A stretch of DNA of 64,000 bases from contig OZ243938.1 in NCBI GenBank assembly GCA_965214095.1, positions 2,208,001-2,272,000 on the forward strand, in the 5' to 3' direction. This DNA comes from Candidatus Poribacteria bacterium. Lineage in GTDB: Bacteria > Poribacteria > WGA-4E > WGA-3G. The notes under the pieces were generated by a model. That model made no database searches, was not told the DNA's origin, and saw only the letters and a program-made list of their open reading frames with translations. This document shows, piece by piece, positions 1 through 9,534 of this stretch. The position numbers and the translations under genes were made by a program. Positions within the stretch are counted from its first letter, which is position 1. The number at the start of each line of letters is the position of its first letter.

Positions 1-631
1 TCTGCTCATTGCCGAGGTTATTCACGAGATGCTCTAAGTTCCAACTTTCATCTCCTACAGGCTTTTGGGCAACATCATACCAAATATTCTCTTGCTTGGC
101 ACAATGTGCAATCGCATCAAGTTGACCCGCTTTACTCATTGAAACATGTCCGATGATGAAAGTTATTGATGGAAACCTGGCCGCATACGCAGCGATATTT
201 TGCGTGGAACCCGCTTGATGCAGTAGACACAATCCGTTGTGCATAGCAACGACTTCAAGGAACGTATGCAATTCAGCACCTAATGAATGTCCCGACAACG
301 CTGGATGACATACAAAACCGACTAAACTGTCCTCCTGCATGGCTCTGTCAAGTTCATCCACACCCGCTTGTTCATGTCGCACTTCTGCGATGCCAAGTCC
401 GATAGGGAATCGTTCTGGATATTTCCTGCATGCATTAGCAATTGTCTCGTTCTGTAATCGTGTGTCCAATACGCCGCGTGCCTGTGGCCCCCCAGCTGTA
501 GGACACGGGATCGCACCGATCACATCTGCAGAAGCCATCCGCGCTAAACATTTGCCAACACTCTGACCAATAACCGGCGCACGCGATACCGTCATACCGA
601 TATGACAATGAACATCAAAATAGGAACGCAT
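1..631 (-). CDS. Amidohydrolase family protein (3' end runs off the window)
   Basis: Manual translation from ATG at 631 (GGAGG RBS upstream): MRSYFDVHCHIG..., a DxHxH metal-binding motif. Open to the window edge. Confidence 0.75.
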   Translation of the reverse strand, partial: MRSYFDVHCHIGMTVSRAPVIGQSVGKCLARMASADVIGAIPCPTAGGPQARGVLDTRLQNETIANACRKYPERFPIGLGIAEVRHEQAGVDELDRAMQEDSLVGFVCHPALSGHSLGAELHTFLEVVAMHNGLCLLHQAGSTQNIAAYAARFPSITFIIGHVSMSKAGQLDAIAHCAKQENIWYDVAQKPVGDESWNLEHLVNNLGNEQ

Positions 632-646
632 AAGTCCTCCTCTCAA

Positions 647-1414
647 TCAAAAATCAGGAACTGGTTCATAAGAATTAAAGCCATCTGTCCTATCTTCACC
701 TTGCAACAAATAAATCTTGTGTGTTGAACGCCACTCAGCACCGGGATAACGAACATTTGCCGGCATATAGCGCATCGTGTAACCACACCGTCGTTTTTGG
801 GATACATTCGGACTGGAGTTGTGGATCGTCCATGCATCGTGAAAATGACATTCTCCGACCTCTAACTCCAAATGCACTGCCTTTGATTCGTCTAAGTCTT
901 CCTCCACAACTTCACTGCCAAAAAGATTGTTTCCTCGTTTCACCGCTTCATAGCGACGATCACGATGGTTATGGCTTCCGGAAATAACCCGCATGCAACC
1001 GTTTTCAACTTTGGATTCATCAACTGCAAGCCACATGGTAATAACATGCATCGGATCAAGAGATTCACCCCAATATACACCATCCTGATGCCACGGTACC
1101 GCCATGCCATCATTTTTACGTTTGCTAATAAAGTGACTTGACCAAAGCAAGATATCCGGTCCAATAAAACGTTCAATCACCTTCAATACATTTGGATGTG
1201 TGAGATATTTGAAAAGGTAAGGATGCTCAAAGTGAGGCACATCCATCTGTTCAGGACGTTTGCCTTCTGGTAAATTTTCAATCATCGCATCTACATAATC
1301 ACGGAGTTCATCTAACTCCGTCTCTGAAAAGATACGTCCAAAAGTAAGATATCCGTTTTCCTTGTAAAATGTAACCTGTTCGTCAGAAACTGTTGTTTCA
1401 ACTTGCCAACTCAT
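647..1414 (-). CDS. Phytanoyl-CoA dioxygenase (PhyH) family Fe(II)/2-oxoglutarate dioxygenase
   Basis: FYKENGYL N-terminus, WHQD and distal H (TIHNS), ENGCMRVISGSH. Likely start MSWQV at 1414. Confidence 0.9.
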   Translation of the reverse strand: MSWQVETTVSDEQVTFYKENGYLTFGRIFSETELDELRDYVDAMIENLPEGKRPEQMDVPHFEHPYLFKYLTHPNVLKVIERFIGPDILLWSSHFISKRKNDGMAVPWHQDGVYWGESLDPMHVITMWLAVDESKVENGCMRVISGSHNHRDRRYEAVKRGNNLFGSEVVEEDLDESKAVHLELEVGECHFHDAWTIHNSSPNVSQKRRCGYTMRYMPANVRYPGAEWRSTHKIYLLQGEDRTDGFNSYEPVPDF

Positions 1415-1524
1415 GTGCCACCCGTTTTCACAAAATGAAGTTAAAATAATGTTCGTCAAAGTATATCACATCACTGTTTTGTTGACTACATTCAATTTCT
1501 AATCTAACGTGAGTTTGATAATTA

Positions 1525-1638
1525 ATACCATTTCTAATAGAAAACGCCGCATGTTTGTACCACAAACTGCCAGTTTGTGCAGTCCTTCAAGAGATTCTTA
1601 ACAAATGTTAATGGGACAAACATTTATAGAAATGGTAT
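1525..1638. mobile_element. TATACC-type MITE nested in 1507-1982
   Basis: ATACCATTTCTA (1525-1536) / TAGAAATGGTAT (1627-1638). Internal REP-like hairpin GTAC-CACAAACT-GCC-AGTTTGTG. Confidence 0.7.
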
Positions 1639-1770
1639 AACATGACAGAGATAAATTGAACAGAGAACCGGCATATTTGCATAAAAAAAATCGTTATTTT
1701 GGTGTTTTTAACCCGCTAAATCCCCTTACAAGGGAGACTTTAAGAGCAAATGTGGAAGTCCTAACTATTT

Positions 1771-1961
1771 GAGGGGTGTGCATAAATATATGGCTCATCA
1801 ACACAGGTCCGAACAGACTTCAGAGCCCGCTTGATTTATAGAAATGCCGTTTGTCGTCCCACAATTCATTGTGCGTCTTTGAACTTGTGGACGGCACACG
1901 GAGTGTGCCTGCTACTTTCTAAGAGCATATTTTATATCGGAATTCTTTATGCACACCCCTC
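1771..1961. mobile_element. MITE with 16-bp TIRs and 8-bp target duplication, nested in 1507-1982
   Basis: GAGGGGTGTGCATAAA (1771-1786) / TTTATGCACACCCCTC (1946-1961), flanked by AACTATTT at 1763-1770 and 1962-1969. Contains two REP-like hairpins. Confidence 0.85.
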
Positions 1962-2462
1962 AACTATTTATCAAACTCACGTTAATCTAATGAACAGAAC
2001 TATTCAATAGGCATGATTCACTGTTGTAGGAGTTTCATTAAGTTTAAATATATTGGTAATCTAGTAGAAAAAACGGTTGTAGGGGTAGGGTTTCCCTGTC
2101 CGCATACTACCGAATTAATAAAATACTTATCATCTAACCTCGACAAATGCAATATCAGCATTTTGTTTTGATTTAGATTTATTACAAGACAGAATCATGC
2201 AAAATCACTGGTTATGTATTTTTTAGACAATTTATACTTGATTTTTTTTAGCAATTTTGTATCATATTAAAAAGGCAGTAAAATCACTATTATGTGAATG
2301 AAGTGCCATCGATTTTTTAGACCATAATTTCGTAAAGTTAAGACAAGTATTCTTTCTCAAATTCAATAGGTGTCAAATAACCTACTAACAAGATTGTAAT
2401 TATATCACAATCTTATCTTAGGTAGTGGTCTAGATTTTCGATGGCAGTACAGGAGGTGAATA

Positions 2463-3440
2463 ATGGTCATGCAACGTCTCACCTTATGTTGCTTGTTATT
2501 CTTGTTGCCGGCACTCACGCACGCAAAGATCGTTTTCAAGGCTGGCTCACATATTTATGTGATGGACGATGATGGGCGTAACGCCAAAATATTAGTCAAA
2601 AGAGGAGACGCACAGAGTGTCTGGTGGCCTGTTTGGTCTCCTGATGGCAAGCAAGTTGCTTTTGGTAAGAGTCTGCGAGTAGAACGGGGGCAACCACAAA
2701 AGTTAGCTTTATTTATCATTAATAGCGATGGCAGCAATGAACGCAGGCTCACCGACGACAACGAGGAGAATCTTAATGGAAGTCGTCTTTTTGAGGGAAA
2801 GTGTTCTTGGTCACCGGATGGGAAACACATGGTATTCACAAGCCCCCGGCTTGCCAAACCGGGAAATGCTCAAAACGATGCCTGGCGGATAAATATAGAA
2901 ACAAAAGCGTTAAAGCGACTCACGCGCACAGTTTCATTGACAACAGCAGTGGCTTGGTCCCCGGATGGTAAATATATTGCGTATAGGGACGACATCACCG
3001 GGCGTACCACAATCCATCTGATGCGTGCCGATGGTAGCGGACAGCATGAACTTGTGCCTGGGCAGGCAAACCATTTCCGTAGGTCTCCGCGTTGGTCTGT
3101 TGATAGCCAGTCTGTTGTGTATTACGAATGGAATGGTCATTCAACAAAATTTGTCATTCATAATATAAAAAATGACAAACGACGAGTCGTAGATGCACCC
3201 GACAACTGGAGACTCCACAGTGCGTGTTTTATGGGCAGAAAATATCTGTTGATTTCAGCAAAGCCTCCGAACACTGAGAAGCATGACATTTACCGCTATC
3301 ATCTTGTTACTGGTGAAATGGTCAACCTGACAAACACGCCTGCTGTAGATGATTACGGACCAGATTGGATAGACGATGATGTGTTATCGGTAACACCACA
3401 AGATAAAAAAAAAGTGACGTGGGGGGCACTCAAGGAGTAA
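2463..3440 (+). CDS. Secreted TolB-like beta-propeller protein (PD40 repeats) with C-terminal VTP..K..VTWGALK motif
   Basis: Signal peptide ending THA, repeated WSPDGK motifs, AGGAGGT RBS. Confidence 0.85.
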   Translation: MVMQRLTLCCLLFLLPALTHAKIVFKAGSHIYVMDDDGRNAKILVKRGDAQSVWWPVWSPDGKQVAFGKSLRVERGQPQKLALFIINSDGSNERRLTDDNEENLNGSRLFEGKCSWSPDGKHMVFTSPRLAKPGNAQNDAWRINIETKALKRLTRTVSLTTAVAWSPDGKYIAYRDDITGRTTIHLMRADGSGQHELVPGQANHFRRSPRWSVDSQSVVYYEWNGHSTKFVIHNIKNDKRRVVDAPDNWRLHSACFMGRKYLLISAKPPNTEKHDIYRYHLVTGEMVNLTNTPAVDDYGPDWIDDDVLSVTPQDKKKVTWGALKE

Positions 3441-3466
3441 GCCCGTAATCTATAAACAACCTTTTT

Positions 3467-3499
3467 AGGTAGGTATCCTTTTGGGTATCTGCCTTTTTT
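3467..3499 (+). terminator. Rho-independent terminator
   Basis: AGGTAGGTATCC-TTTT-GGGTATCTGCCT stem followed by a T-tract, just after the TolB-like gene. Confidence 0.75.
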
Positions 3500-3581
3500 G
3501 TTTTAACATTACGGACTGTCCTTTTTTTCATAGAAAGTTGAGGGTGCTAATCCGCCAGCTTTTTTGCGTTCCCATCCATCC

Positions 3582-3676
3582 TTATACCAAATTAACCTAA
3601 TCGTCCGGGCAGGGTTCCCCTGTCCGCCCGTGTTCTCAGCATCAAAAACAGGACAGATCTCGTTAATTTGGTATAA
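3582..3676. mobile_element. TATACC-type MITE with perfect 15-bp TIRs
   Basis: TTATACCAAATTAAC (3582-3596) / GTTAATTTGGTATAA (3662-3676). Internal GC-rich hairpin GGGCAGGGTTCCCCTGTCC. Confidence 0.8.
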
Positions 3677-3721
3677 TACTCCACTTGACAAAGAGACACT
3701 GCACATGATAGACTTTCAACC

Positions 3722-4870
3722 ATGAAGATAGTAGTAGCACCTGATTCATTCAAGGGAAGTGTCACTGCCTTGCAAGCCGCAAATGCTATTGAACAAGGAC
3801 TTCGTCGTGTGTTCCCAAATGCCGTTATAGATAAAGTTCCAATGGCAGATGGTGGAGAAGGCACAGTGCAATCCCTCGTTGATGCAACAGGTGGACATAT
3901 TCAAACACAACGCGTTTTAGGTCCACTTGGCAACGAGGTAGATGCAGAATTCGGTATCCTTGCAGATGGAGAGACAGCAGTAATTGAGATGGCAGCTGCG
4001 TCCGGTTTAACGCTTGTTCCACCAAACAAACGGAACCCACTTCACACGACTACCTATGGCACAGGACAACTCATTTACGCTGCTTTGCAGGCAGGATGCG
4101 GTCGTTTAATCATCGGTATCGGCGGTAGTGCGACCAACGATGGTGGTGCAGGAATGGCAGAAGCACTCGGTGTTCAATTCCTAAACACAGATGGAAAACC
4201 GATTGAACGCGGTGGCGGTGGACTGAGTGAACTATCTTCCATAGAAATAGCAGGACTACACCCGAAAATTGCGGATACAGAAACTGTTGTTGCTTGTGAT
4301 GTTAATAACCCATTGACCGGTCCTGATGGGGCATCACATGTCTACGGTCCGCAGAAAGGTGCAACACCTGAGATGGTGAAAACACTTGATGCACATCTTA
4401 AACATTACGACAAGGTGTTGACACAGACATTTGGACAATCCTTCAACGACATTCCGGGTGCTGGTGCTGCGGGTGGGTTAGGTGCAGGGTTGATGGCATT
4501 TCTCAACGCAGAATTGAAGCTCGGTGTTGATATTATGATTGACACTGTGAAACTCAGAGAGCGGATGAAAGACGCGTCCTTTGTTATCACTGGGGAAGGG
4601 CAATTGGATTTTCAAACTGCATTTGGAAAGACACCTGTTGGGGTTGCGAAGGTAGCAAAAGAAGATAACATCCCTGTCATAGCAATAGCAGGTGGTATCG
4701 GGGAAGGGGCAGAAGCAGTTTATGATGCAGGTATTGATGCAATGCTCGGCATCGTGCAAGCACCGATGTCCCTTGACGATGCAGTTGCCGATGCACCGCA
4801 ATTGATTGCTGATACAGCAGAGCAGGCTGCAAGATTAATCGCTATTGGAAACTTATATGGTGAAATATGA
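3722..4870 (+). CDS. glxK: Glycerate kinase (GlxK/GarK family)
   Basis: MKIVVAPDSFKGS, PMADGGEGT, GIGGSATNDGG, ITGEGQLD motifs. Confidence 0.95.
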   Translation: MKIVVAPDSFKGSVTALQAANAIEQGLRRVFPNAVIDKVPMADGGEGTVQSLVDATGGHIQTQRVLGPLGNEVDAEFGILADGETAVIEMAAASGLTLVPPNKRNPLHTTTYGTGQLIYAALQAGCGRLIIGIGGSATNDGGAGMAEALGVQFLNTDGKPIERGGGGLSELSSIEIAGLHPKIADTETVVACDVNNPLTGPDGASHVYGPQKGATPEMVKTLDAHLKHYDKVLTQTFGQSFNDIPGAGAAGGLGAGLMAFLNAELKLGVDIMIDTVKLRERMKDASFVITGEGQLDFQTAFGKTPVGVAKVAKEDNIPVIAIAGGIGEGAEAVYDAGIDAMLGIVQAPMSLDDAVADAPQLIADTAEQAARLIAIGNLYGEI

Positions 4871-4881
4871 AATAGATGATA

Positions 4882-4908
4882 GTTGGCGCGCTTTGAAAGC
4901 GCGCCAAC
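4882..4908. repeat. REP-like palindrome between convergent genes (possible bidirectional terminator)
   Basis: GTTGGCGCGCTTT-G-AAAGCGCGCCAAC. A near-identical core occurs at 48619-48642. Confidence 0.65.
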
Positions 4909-4956
4909 CAATTAACACAGAAATGAAGACTAAAAAGAACTCATACGAAATGCCTA

Positions 4957-6294
4957 CTATCCTAACAACACAGGAGTATCTTTCATAAAATCATCAACCT
5001 CGTTCTGCCATCTCTTCAGTTCAGTCGCCAATGATTTGACCCGTTCTGTGTGTTCAGGAAGTTCAGCAAGATTATTTGTTTCCCAAGGGTCTTTCTCTAA
5101 ATCAAACAACTGGAGGTAGTTCGTGCCTTTGCCAGTATCTTCAGAGACATAATAGCGAATGAGTTTCCAACGTCCATCACTTACTGTGCGATGGATGTCT
5201 TTATACGCCGCGAAAACCGTGTCACGAACCTTATCAACACAACCTTCCATCAATGGAACTAAGCTACAACCTTCAACAGTATCAGGACAGTCAACATTGG
5301 TAAGGTCACACAAGGTCGGGAATAGATCGTAGAGATAGGTCAATGCATCAACTGATTGTCCATCGGGAATACCCGGTCCTGCGAATATTGATGGTACGCG
5401 TATGCTGTGGCTATAAAGATTCTGTTTACCCAGTAACCCGTGTTGTCCCACAGCAAGTCCGTGGTCTGCAGTATAAATAACGATGGTATTTTCAAGCTGT
5501 CCTTTGTCTTCTAACGTCTGGATGACACGTCCCATTTCGTAATCTTGACTGCTGATCATACCGTAGTAATCGGCAATATGTTGTTGGACGATTTCTGGGG
5601 TGCGTGGGAACGGTGCTAACACCTCATCCCGAATCCGCATCTCTCCGTTGTCAAACGGGTGTTCGTCAATGTAGTTCTCTGGAACAGGAATATCTTCACG
5701 TTTATACATCGTTGCGTATTCACCGGGTGGTGTGCGTGGATCGTGCGGGGAAGTAAAGGAGAGATAAACGAAAAACGGGTCAGTTTGGTCGTAGTTTTCT
5801 ATAAAATCTACAGCGGAGTCTGTAAACAGTGTTGTAGAGAATTTATCGCCAATATATCTATCATCTTTCGGGTATGCACCTGTCGGATCAAAATCAAAAA
5901 TTGGCACTTTATATTGATTACCCATGCCGCCGAAGAAAATGGTCGCGGCATCATCAAAACTATTAGTAAACGTTTGCCTGTCATTGTGCCATTTGCCACT
6001 AAAAAATGTGTGGTACCCCGCTTCACGCATGACCTGTGGCCAAACAGCCAAATCTCGGTTAATTTGGTTGCCTCCGCTACGGAAAAGGTTAGCACTTGTA
6101 AGCACAGCAGCACGACTCGGCACACAAACTGCTCCAACGAGAGATCCCATGATGTGGGTTTGATGGAACGTAGTGCCACGTTCCATGAGTGAGTCCATTG
6201 TCGGTGTTTTCACCGTCGGATCACCCATACCAGCAATGGCATCCCAACGATGGTCATCGGCAATCATAAATAATATATTAGGTTGTGAAGGCAT
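4957..6294 (-). CDS. Sulfatase (Cys-type, formylglycine-dependent)
   Basis: PNILFMIADD, CVPSR, GKWH, TADHG, GKQNLY. No signal peptide evident. Confidence 0.92.
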   Translation of the reverse strand: MPSQPNILFMIADDHRWDAIAGMGDPTVKTPTMDSLMERGTTFHQTHIMGSLVGAVCVPSRAAVLTSANLFRSGGNQINRDLAVWPQVMREAGYHTFFSGKWHNDRQTFTNSFDDAATIFFGGMGNQYKVPIFDFDPTGAYPKDDRYIGDKFSTTLFTDSAVDFIENYDQTDPFFVYLSFTSPHDPRTPPGEYATMYKREDIPVPENYIDEHPFDNGEMRIRDEVLAPFPRTPEIVQQHIADYYGMISSQDYEMGRVIQTLEDKGQLENTIVIYTADHGLAVGQHGLLGKQNLYSHSIRVPSIFAGPGIPDGQSVDALTYLYDLFPTLCDLTNVDCPDTVEGCSLVPLMEGCVDKVRDTVFAAYKDIHRTVSDGRWKLIRYYVSEDTGKGTNYLQLFDLEKDPWETNNLAELPEHTERVKSLATELKRWQNEVDDFMKDTPVLLG

Positions 6295-6440
6295 GATGTC
6301 TCCTATTATTGGTTATCAGTTTTCGGTTAGAAGAAGTTTACTCTGGACTGAATACCATTATATCACATTAACCTTGTTTTATATTGTTTTTTCTGTTTCT
6401 AAGCATGCAGGAAACAGGAATCTGAGTCTACGATCTGAGT

Positions 6441-6551
6441 AATACCATTTCTGAAAAAATCTCATAAAGAAACAAATTGTTCGTAGTCGCGCAATTCATT
6501 GCGCCTCTTACATTCATATTTGAAGAGAATAATATTATTAGAAGTGGTATA
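6441..6551. mobile_element. TATACC-type MITE containing a GTAG-REP
   Basis: TACCATTTCT (6443-6452) / AGAAGTGGTA (6540-6549). Internal GTAGTCGCGCAATTCATTGCGC (6483-6504). Confidence 0.7.
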
Positions 6552-6580
6552 ATTGTGTAACACTCAGAGAGGAGTTTCTG

Positions 6581-7726
6581 ATGAAAATTGCAACAATTGA
6601 ACAGTTTTACCCACGTCGACGGACACGACTCGTAAAGATTACAACAGACACTGGCATCATTGGGTGGGGTGAAACAACACTTGAAGGAAAACCGAAAAGC
6701 ACGTGGGCAGCAGTGGAAGAACTGACTGACTATTTTATCGGTAAAGACCCATTACGTATCGAACATCATTGGCAGCATGTCTACCGATCCGCTTTCTTCC
6801 GTGGTGGTAATATCTTGATGTCTGCTCTATCAGGCATTGATCAAGCATTGTGGGATATTGCTGGTAAATACCACGGTATTCCCACCTACCAACTCTTAGG
6901 GGGAGCAATGCGTGACCGTATTCGCGTTTACGCACACTGGGGTATCGGCAGCTTAACTGACGAAGGAAAAGCATCTGCAAAAGAACGACTGGATTATTTA
7001 CAGAAAAAAGGTGGATATACTGCGTTTAAAAGCGGTCCAGGTGGTAAGTGGCGTGGTCATGAACCGCCTGCAGTGATTGATGCTTTTGTTGAACGCGCCT
7101 ATCTCATGCGCGAATGGGTCGGTCCCGATGTTGAACTCGCCTTCGATTTTCACGGCAAAATGACACCTGCACTCGCCATTGAAATCTGCCATGAACTCAA
7201 AGGTATGCGTCCGATGTTCGTTGAAGAACCTGTTCCACAAGAGAACGTTGATGCTCTCAAATTAGTATCTGACCATGTGCCGTTTCCAATTGCTACTGGT
7301 GAACGGTTGCTGACCCGATGGGGTTTCCGTGAGGTGTTTGAAAAACAGGCAGTCGCATACATACAACCTGATACTTCCCATGCTGGTGGCATTACCGAAC
7401 TGAAAAAGATAGCGAATATGGCGGAAGTCTACTACATGCATATCGCTCCACATTGCGCGATTGGACCGGTGGCATTTTCTGCATCTTTACATGTAGATGC
7501 TGTAGTGCCAAATTTCCTTATCCAAGAACAGATTGATGTAGGTTTAGGGGATGGGTTGTTCACTGAAGATTGGCAGGTGAATGATGGACACATTGAACTA
7601 CCGATGAAACCGGGACTTGGATTTGAAATTGATGAAAAGGAAGCAGAACAAATCCTTGACACCTATCCCGAAGAACTCGGTGGAGAGTATTATTATGCGA
7701 CCGACGGTAGTGTAGCAGATTGGTAG
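6581..7726 (+). CDS. dgoD: Galactonate dehydratase-like enzyme (mandelate racemase/enolase superfamily)
   Basis: GWGE, SGIDQALWDIAGK, DFHG, EEP, ATGER, PDxSHAGGITE, APHC, C-terminal DGSVADW. Confidence 0.82.
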   Translation: MKIATIEQFYPRRRTRLVKITTDTGIIGWGETTLEGKPKSTWAAVEELTDYFIGKDPLRIEHHWQHVYRSAFFRGGNILMSALSGIDQALWDIAGKYHGIPTYQLLGGAMRDRIRVYAHWGIGSLTDEGKASAKERLDYLQKKGGYTAFKSGPGGKWRGHEPPAVIDAFVERAYLMREWVGPDVELAFDFHGKMTPALAIEICHELKGMRPMFVEEPVPQENVDALKLVSDHVPFPIATGERLLTRWGFREVFEKQAVAYIQPDTSHAGGITELKKIANMAEVYYMHIAPHCAIGPVAFSASLHVDAVVPNFLIQEQIDVGLGDGLFTEDWQVNDGHIELPMKPGLGFEIDEKEAEQILDTYPEELGGEYYYATDGSVADW

Positions 7727-7770
7727 ATCAACAGTCGGTTTTTGAGTATGATGTTCTACCTAACGACTTG

Positions 7771-8370
7771 CTACGGTTCTTGTAAACGTTGGAATAAACC
7801 AAAGAAAATCTGCTGATAATAGGTGAGTCCTGCATAGAGACGTTTCTTTTCTTGATTTTCACCTATTTTTTCGTAGAATGTCCTGTCAATATATCCGGTA
7901 ATCAATTGCCACCCTTGTGTATTTGAGCCATTGCTGTCACGATAAGCATTTGTATAGACAACCGATTCTTCACCCAACCAAACCATGCCACCGTCTTGAA
8001 GGGTTCTTGTAGGTTCACCGAGTGTTCTGAGCAATTCTTGACGAAACACGTTATCAGGTTCGTTTATCGCTTGCGGTTCAAGCGTCATATATCCTGCCGC
8101 TTTGAGACGATATGTTCCAAGTTCTTTACTGAAGCAATACACGAGCAGAAGAGGAACACCTTTGTATTGAATTTCGTAAACTAACGCGCCATTTGCCCTT
8201 GTGTGGATTGTTTTGTCCCTTTCTTTGAACTTAATCATTTCTACTGTGTTTCCCCACCACGCTTTTCTGAAGTGCGGTTGTGCATTCAGTGAGTTTTGCA
8301 AAGCAGGTATGCAACTTGAGATTAAACTGCATAAAACAAAAATGAAAATGATTTCAATTGTTTTTCTCAT
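7771..8370 (-). CDS. Hypothetical lipoprotein
   Basis: Hydrophobic leader ending ISSC. FRKAWWG...E motif. Start reassigned to MRKTIE. Confidence 0.6.
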   Translation of the reverse strand: MRKTIEIIFIFVLCSLISSCIPALQNSLNAQPHFRKAWWGNTVEMIKFKERDKTIHTRANGALVYEIQYKGVPLLLVYCFSKELGTYRLKAAGYMTLEPQAINEPDNVFRQELLRTLGEPTRTLQDGGMVWLGEESVVYTNAYRDSNGSNTQGWQLITGYIDRTFYEKIGENQEKKRLYAGLTYYQQIFFGLFQRLQEP

Positions 8371-8416
8371 AAGACATGTCTCCACTGCTGCAAAATAGCG
8401 TCTGCCAGAAGAATTC

Positions 8417-9163
8417 CTAAACAACAGATTTACGATGGGACACATAAGGCGGTTCAAGCATCAACTTCTGATCTTCTTCTGTCATCAACTCGCGGAGTGC
8501 ATCGTCATATCTACCCTGTCCCCATGACGCATGTCCCGGGGAATACTTGAATAGAATTGAGCGACGTTCATGTGTAGCAGTCCACGGCAAAGTGCCGTGC
8601 GTCAACGCTTCTGTGAAGATAACAGCATCACCTGCCTTCTGATGCACGGGTGCCATACATGTTTTGTTTTCCACTACGGGTCGGAACTGCGGTGGACACG
8701 GATAGTTGCTTTTATGACTACCCGGAATACAACAGAATCCTCCGTGTCCAGGAAGCATATCTGTCAATGCCCATGAAACTACGGTTAATCCGTTATACAT
8801 CCGATCATTCCTGAAAACATAGTACTGCGATGGATCATAAGGAGTTCCACCACCATGTAGTGTCCCACCGGGGTTGCCATCTATCATCAAGATACCGTAG
8901 ACATGATCAAGTCGGAATTTTGGACCGACAATCTCTGCTAAACACGGCATGATGCGCGGGTGATTGAGTAGATTCCGAAACGCATCGTCTTCCCAACTCA
9001 GAAAACCACCGAATCGTTGGGAATGGATGTTATTATCTGCAGGGGCAGCATAGTCCTGTGCGTCAATCAGAGCGTTCAGTTGTGCAAGTTCATCTTCATC
9101 TAAAACACCTTCTATATTGACATATCCCCACAAGTCAAACAGATATTTTTCTTCAGCATTCAT
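8417..9163 (-). CDS. PhyH family dioxygenase, HGG-motif subtype
   Basis: KYLFDLWGY, LHGG, GGFCCIPGSHKSN, FTEALTHGTLPW. Start MNAEEK. Confidence 0.85.
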   Translation of the reverse strand: MNAEEKYLFDLWGYVNIEGVLDEDELAQLNALIDAQDYAAPADNNIHSQRFGGFLSWEDDAFRNLLNHPRIMPCLAEIVGPKFRLDHVYGILMIDGNPGGTLHGGGTPYDPSQYYVFRNDRMYNGLTVVSWALTDMLPGHGGFCCIPGSHKSNYPCPPQFRPVVENKTCMAPVHQKAGDAVIFTEALTHGTLPWTATHERRSILFKYSPGHASWGQGRYDDALRELMTEEDQKLMLEPPYVSHRKSVV

Positions 9164-9182
9164 ACAGACATCTCCGTTGCTG

Positions 9183-9506
9183 TTATTGATGTGGTGAACG
9201 TGAGGTCGGTTCAAGTCGTGTTACAACGATCTTTGATCGGTCAATCAGTTCACCGACTCGTGCTGAGATTTCGTTGACCCATCGGTCATCTTCATAAACC
9301 GCAGCGTAAAGTTGTTCCCGTTGTTCTTCGCTTTCAAACCGTCGGATCCAGACATAAAGGTCATCCTCTTCTTCACCGACGAAACTCCCGATGACGACCA
9401 TTCCTTTGGAAATCTGGAACGGAATGACCGTTTCTTCCATGTATTTCACCCAATTGTCGCGTTGTCCGGGTTGCGTTCGATATTGACGTAATTCAAAAAA
9501 TGCCAT
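9183..9506 (-). CDS. NIPSNAP family protein
   Basis: FFELRQY, YVWIRRFESEEQRE, L.PT..S. Typical length of 107 aa. Confidence 0.85.
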   Translation of the reverse strand: MAFFELRQYRTQPGQRDNWVKYMEETVIPFQISKGMVVIGSFVGEEEDDLYVWIRRFESEEQREQLYAAVYEDDRWVNEISARVGELIDRSKIVVTRLEPTSRSPHQ

Positions 9507-9534
9507 ATAAATCTCCTTGTTATTTTAATTCAGA

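Larger units (their letters stand above)
1507..1982. mobile_element. MITE with 15-bp terminal inverted repeats and 7-bp target duplication; carries nested elements
   Basis: ACGTGAGTTTGATAA (1507-1521) / TTATCAAACTCACGT (1968-1982), flanked by TAATCTA at 1500-1506 and 1983-1989. Confidence 0.85.

Noticed and set aside
2390-2414. Palindrome AAGATTGT-N9-ACAATCTT upstream of the TolB-like gene
   Set aside because: It could be an operator or a leader hairpin, but it is single-copy in AT-rich DNA with no assignable regulator.
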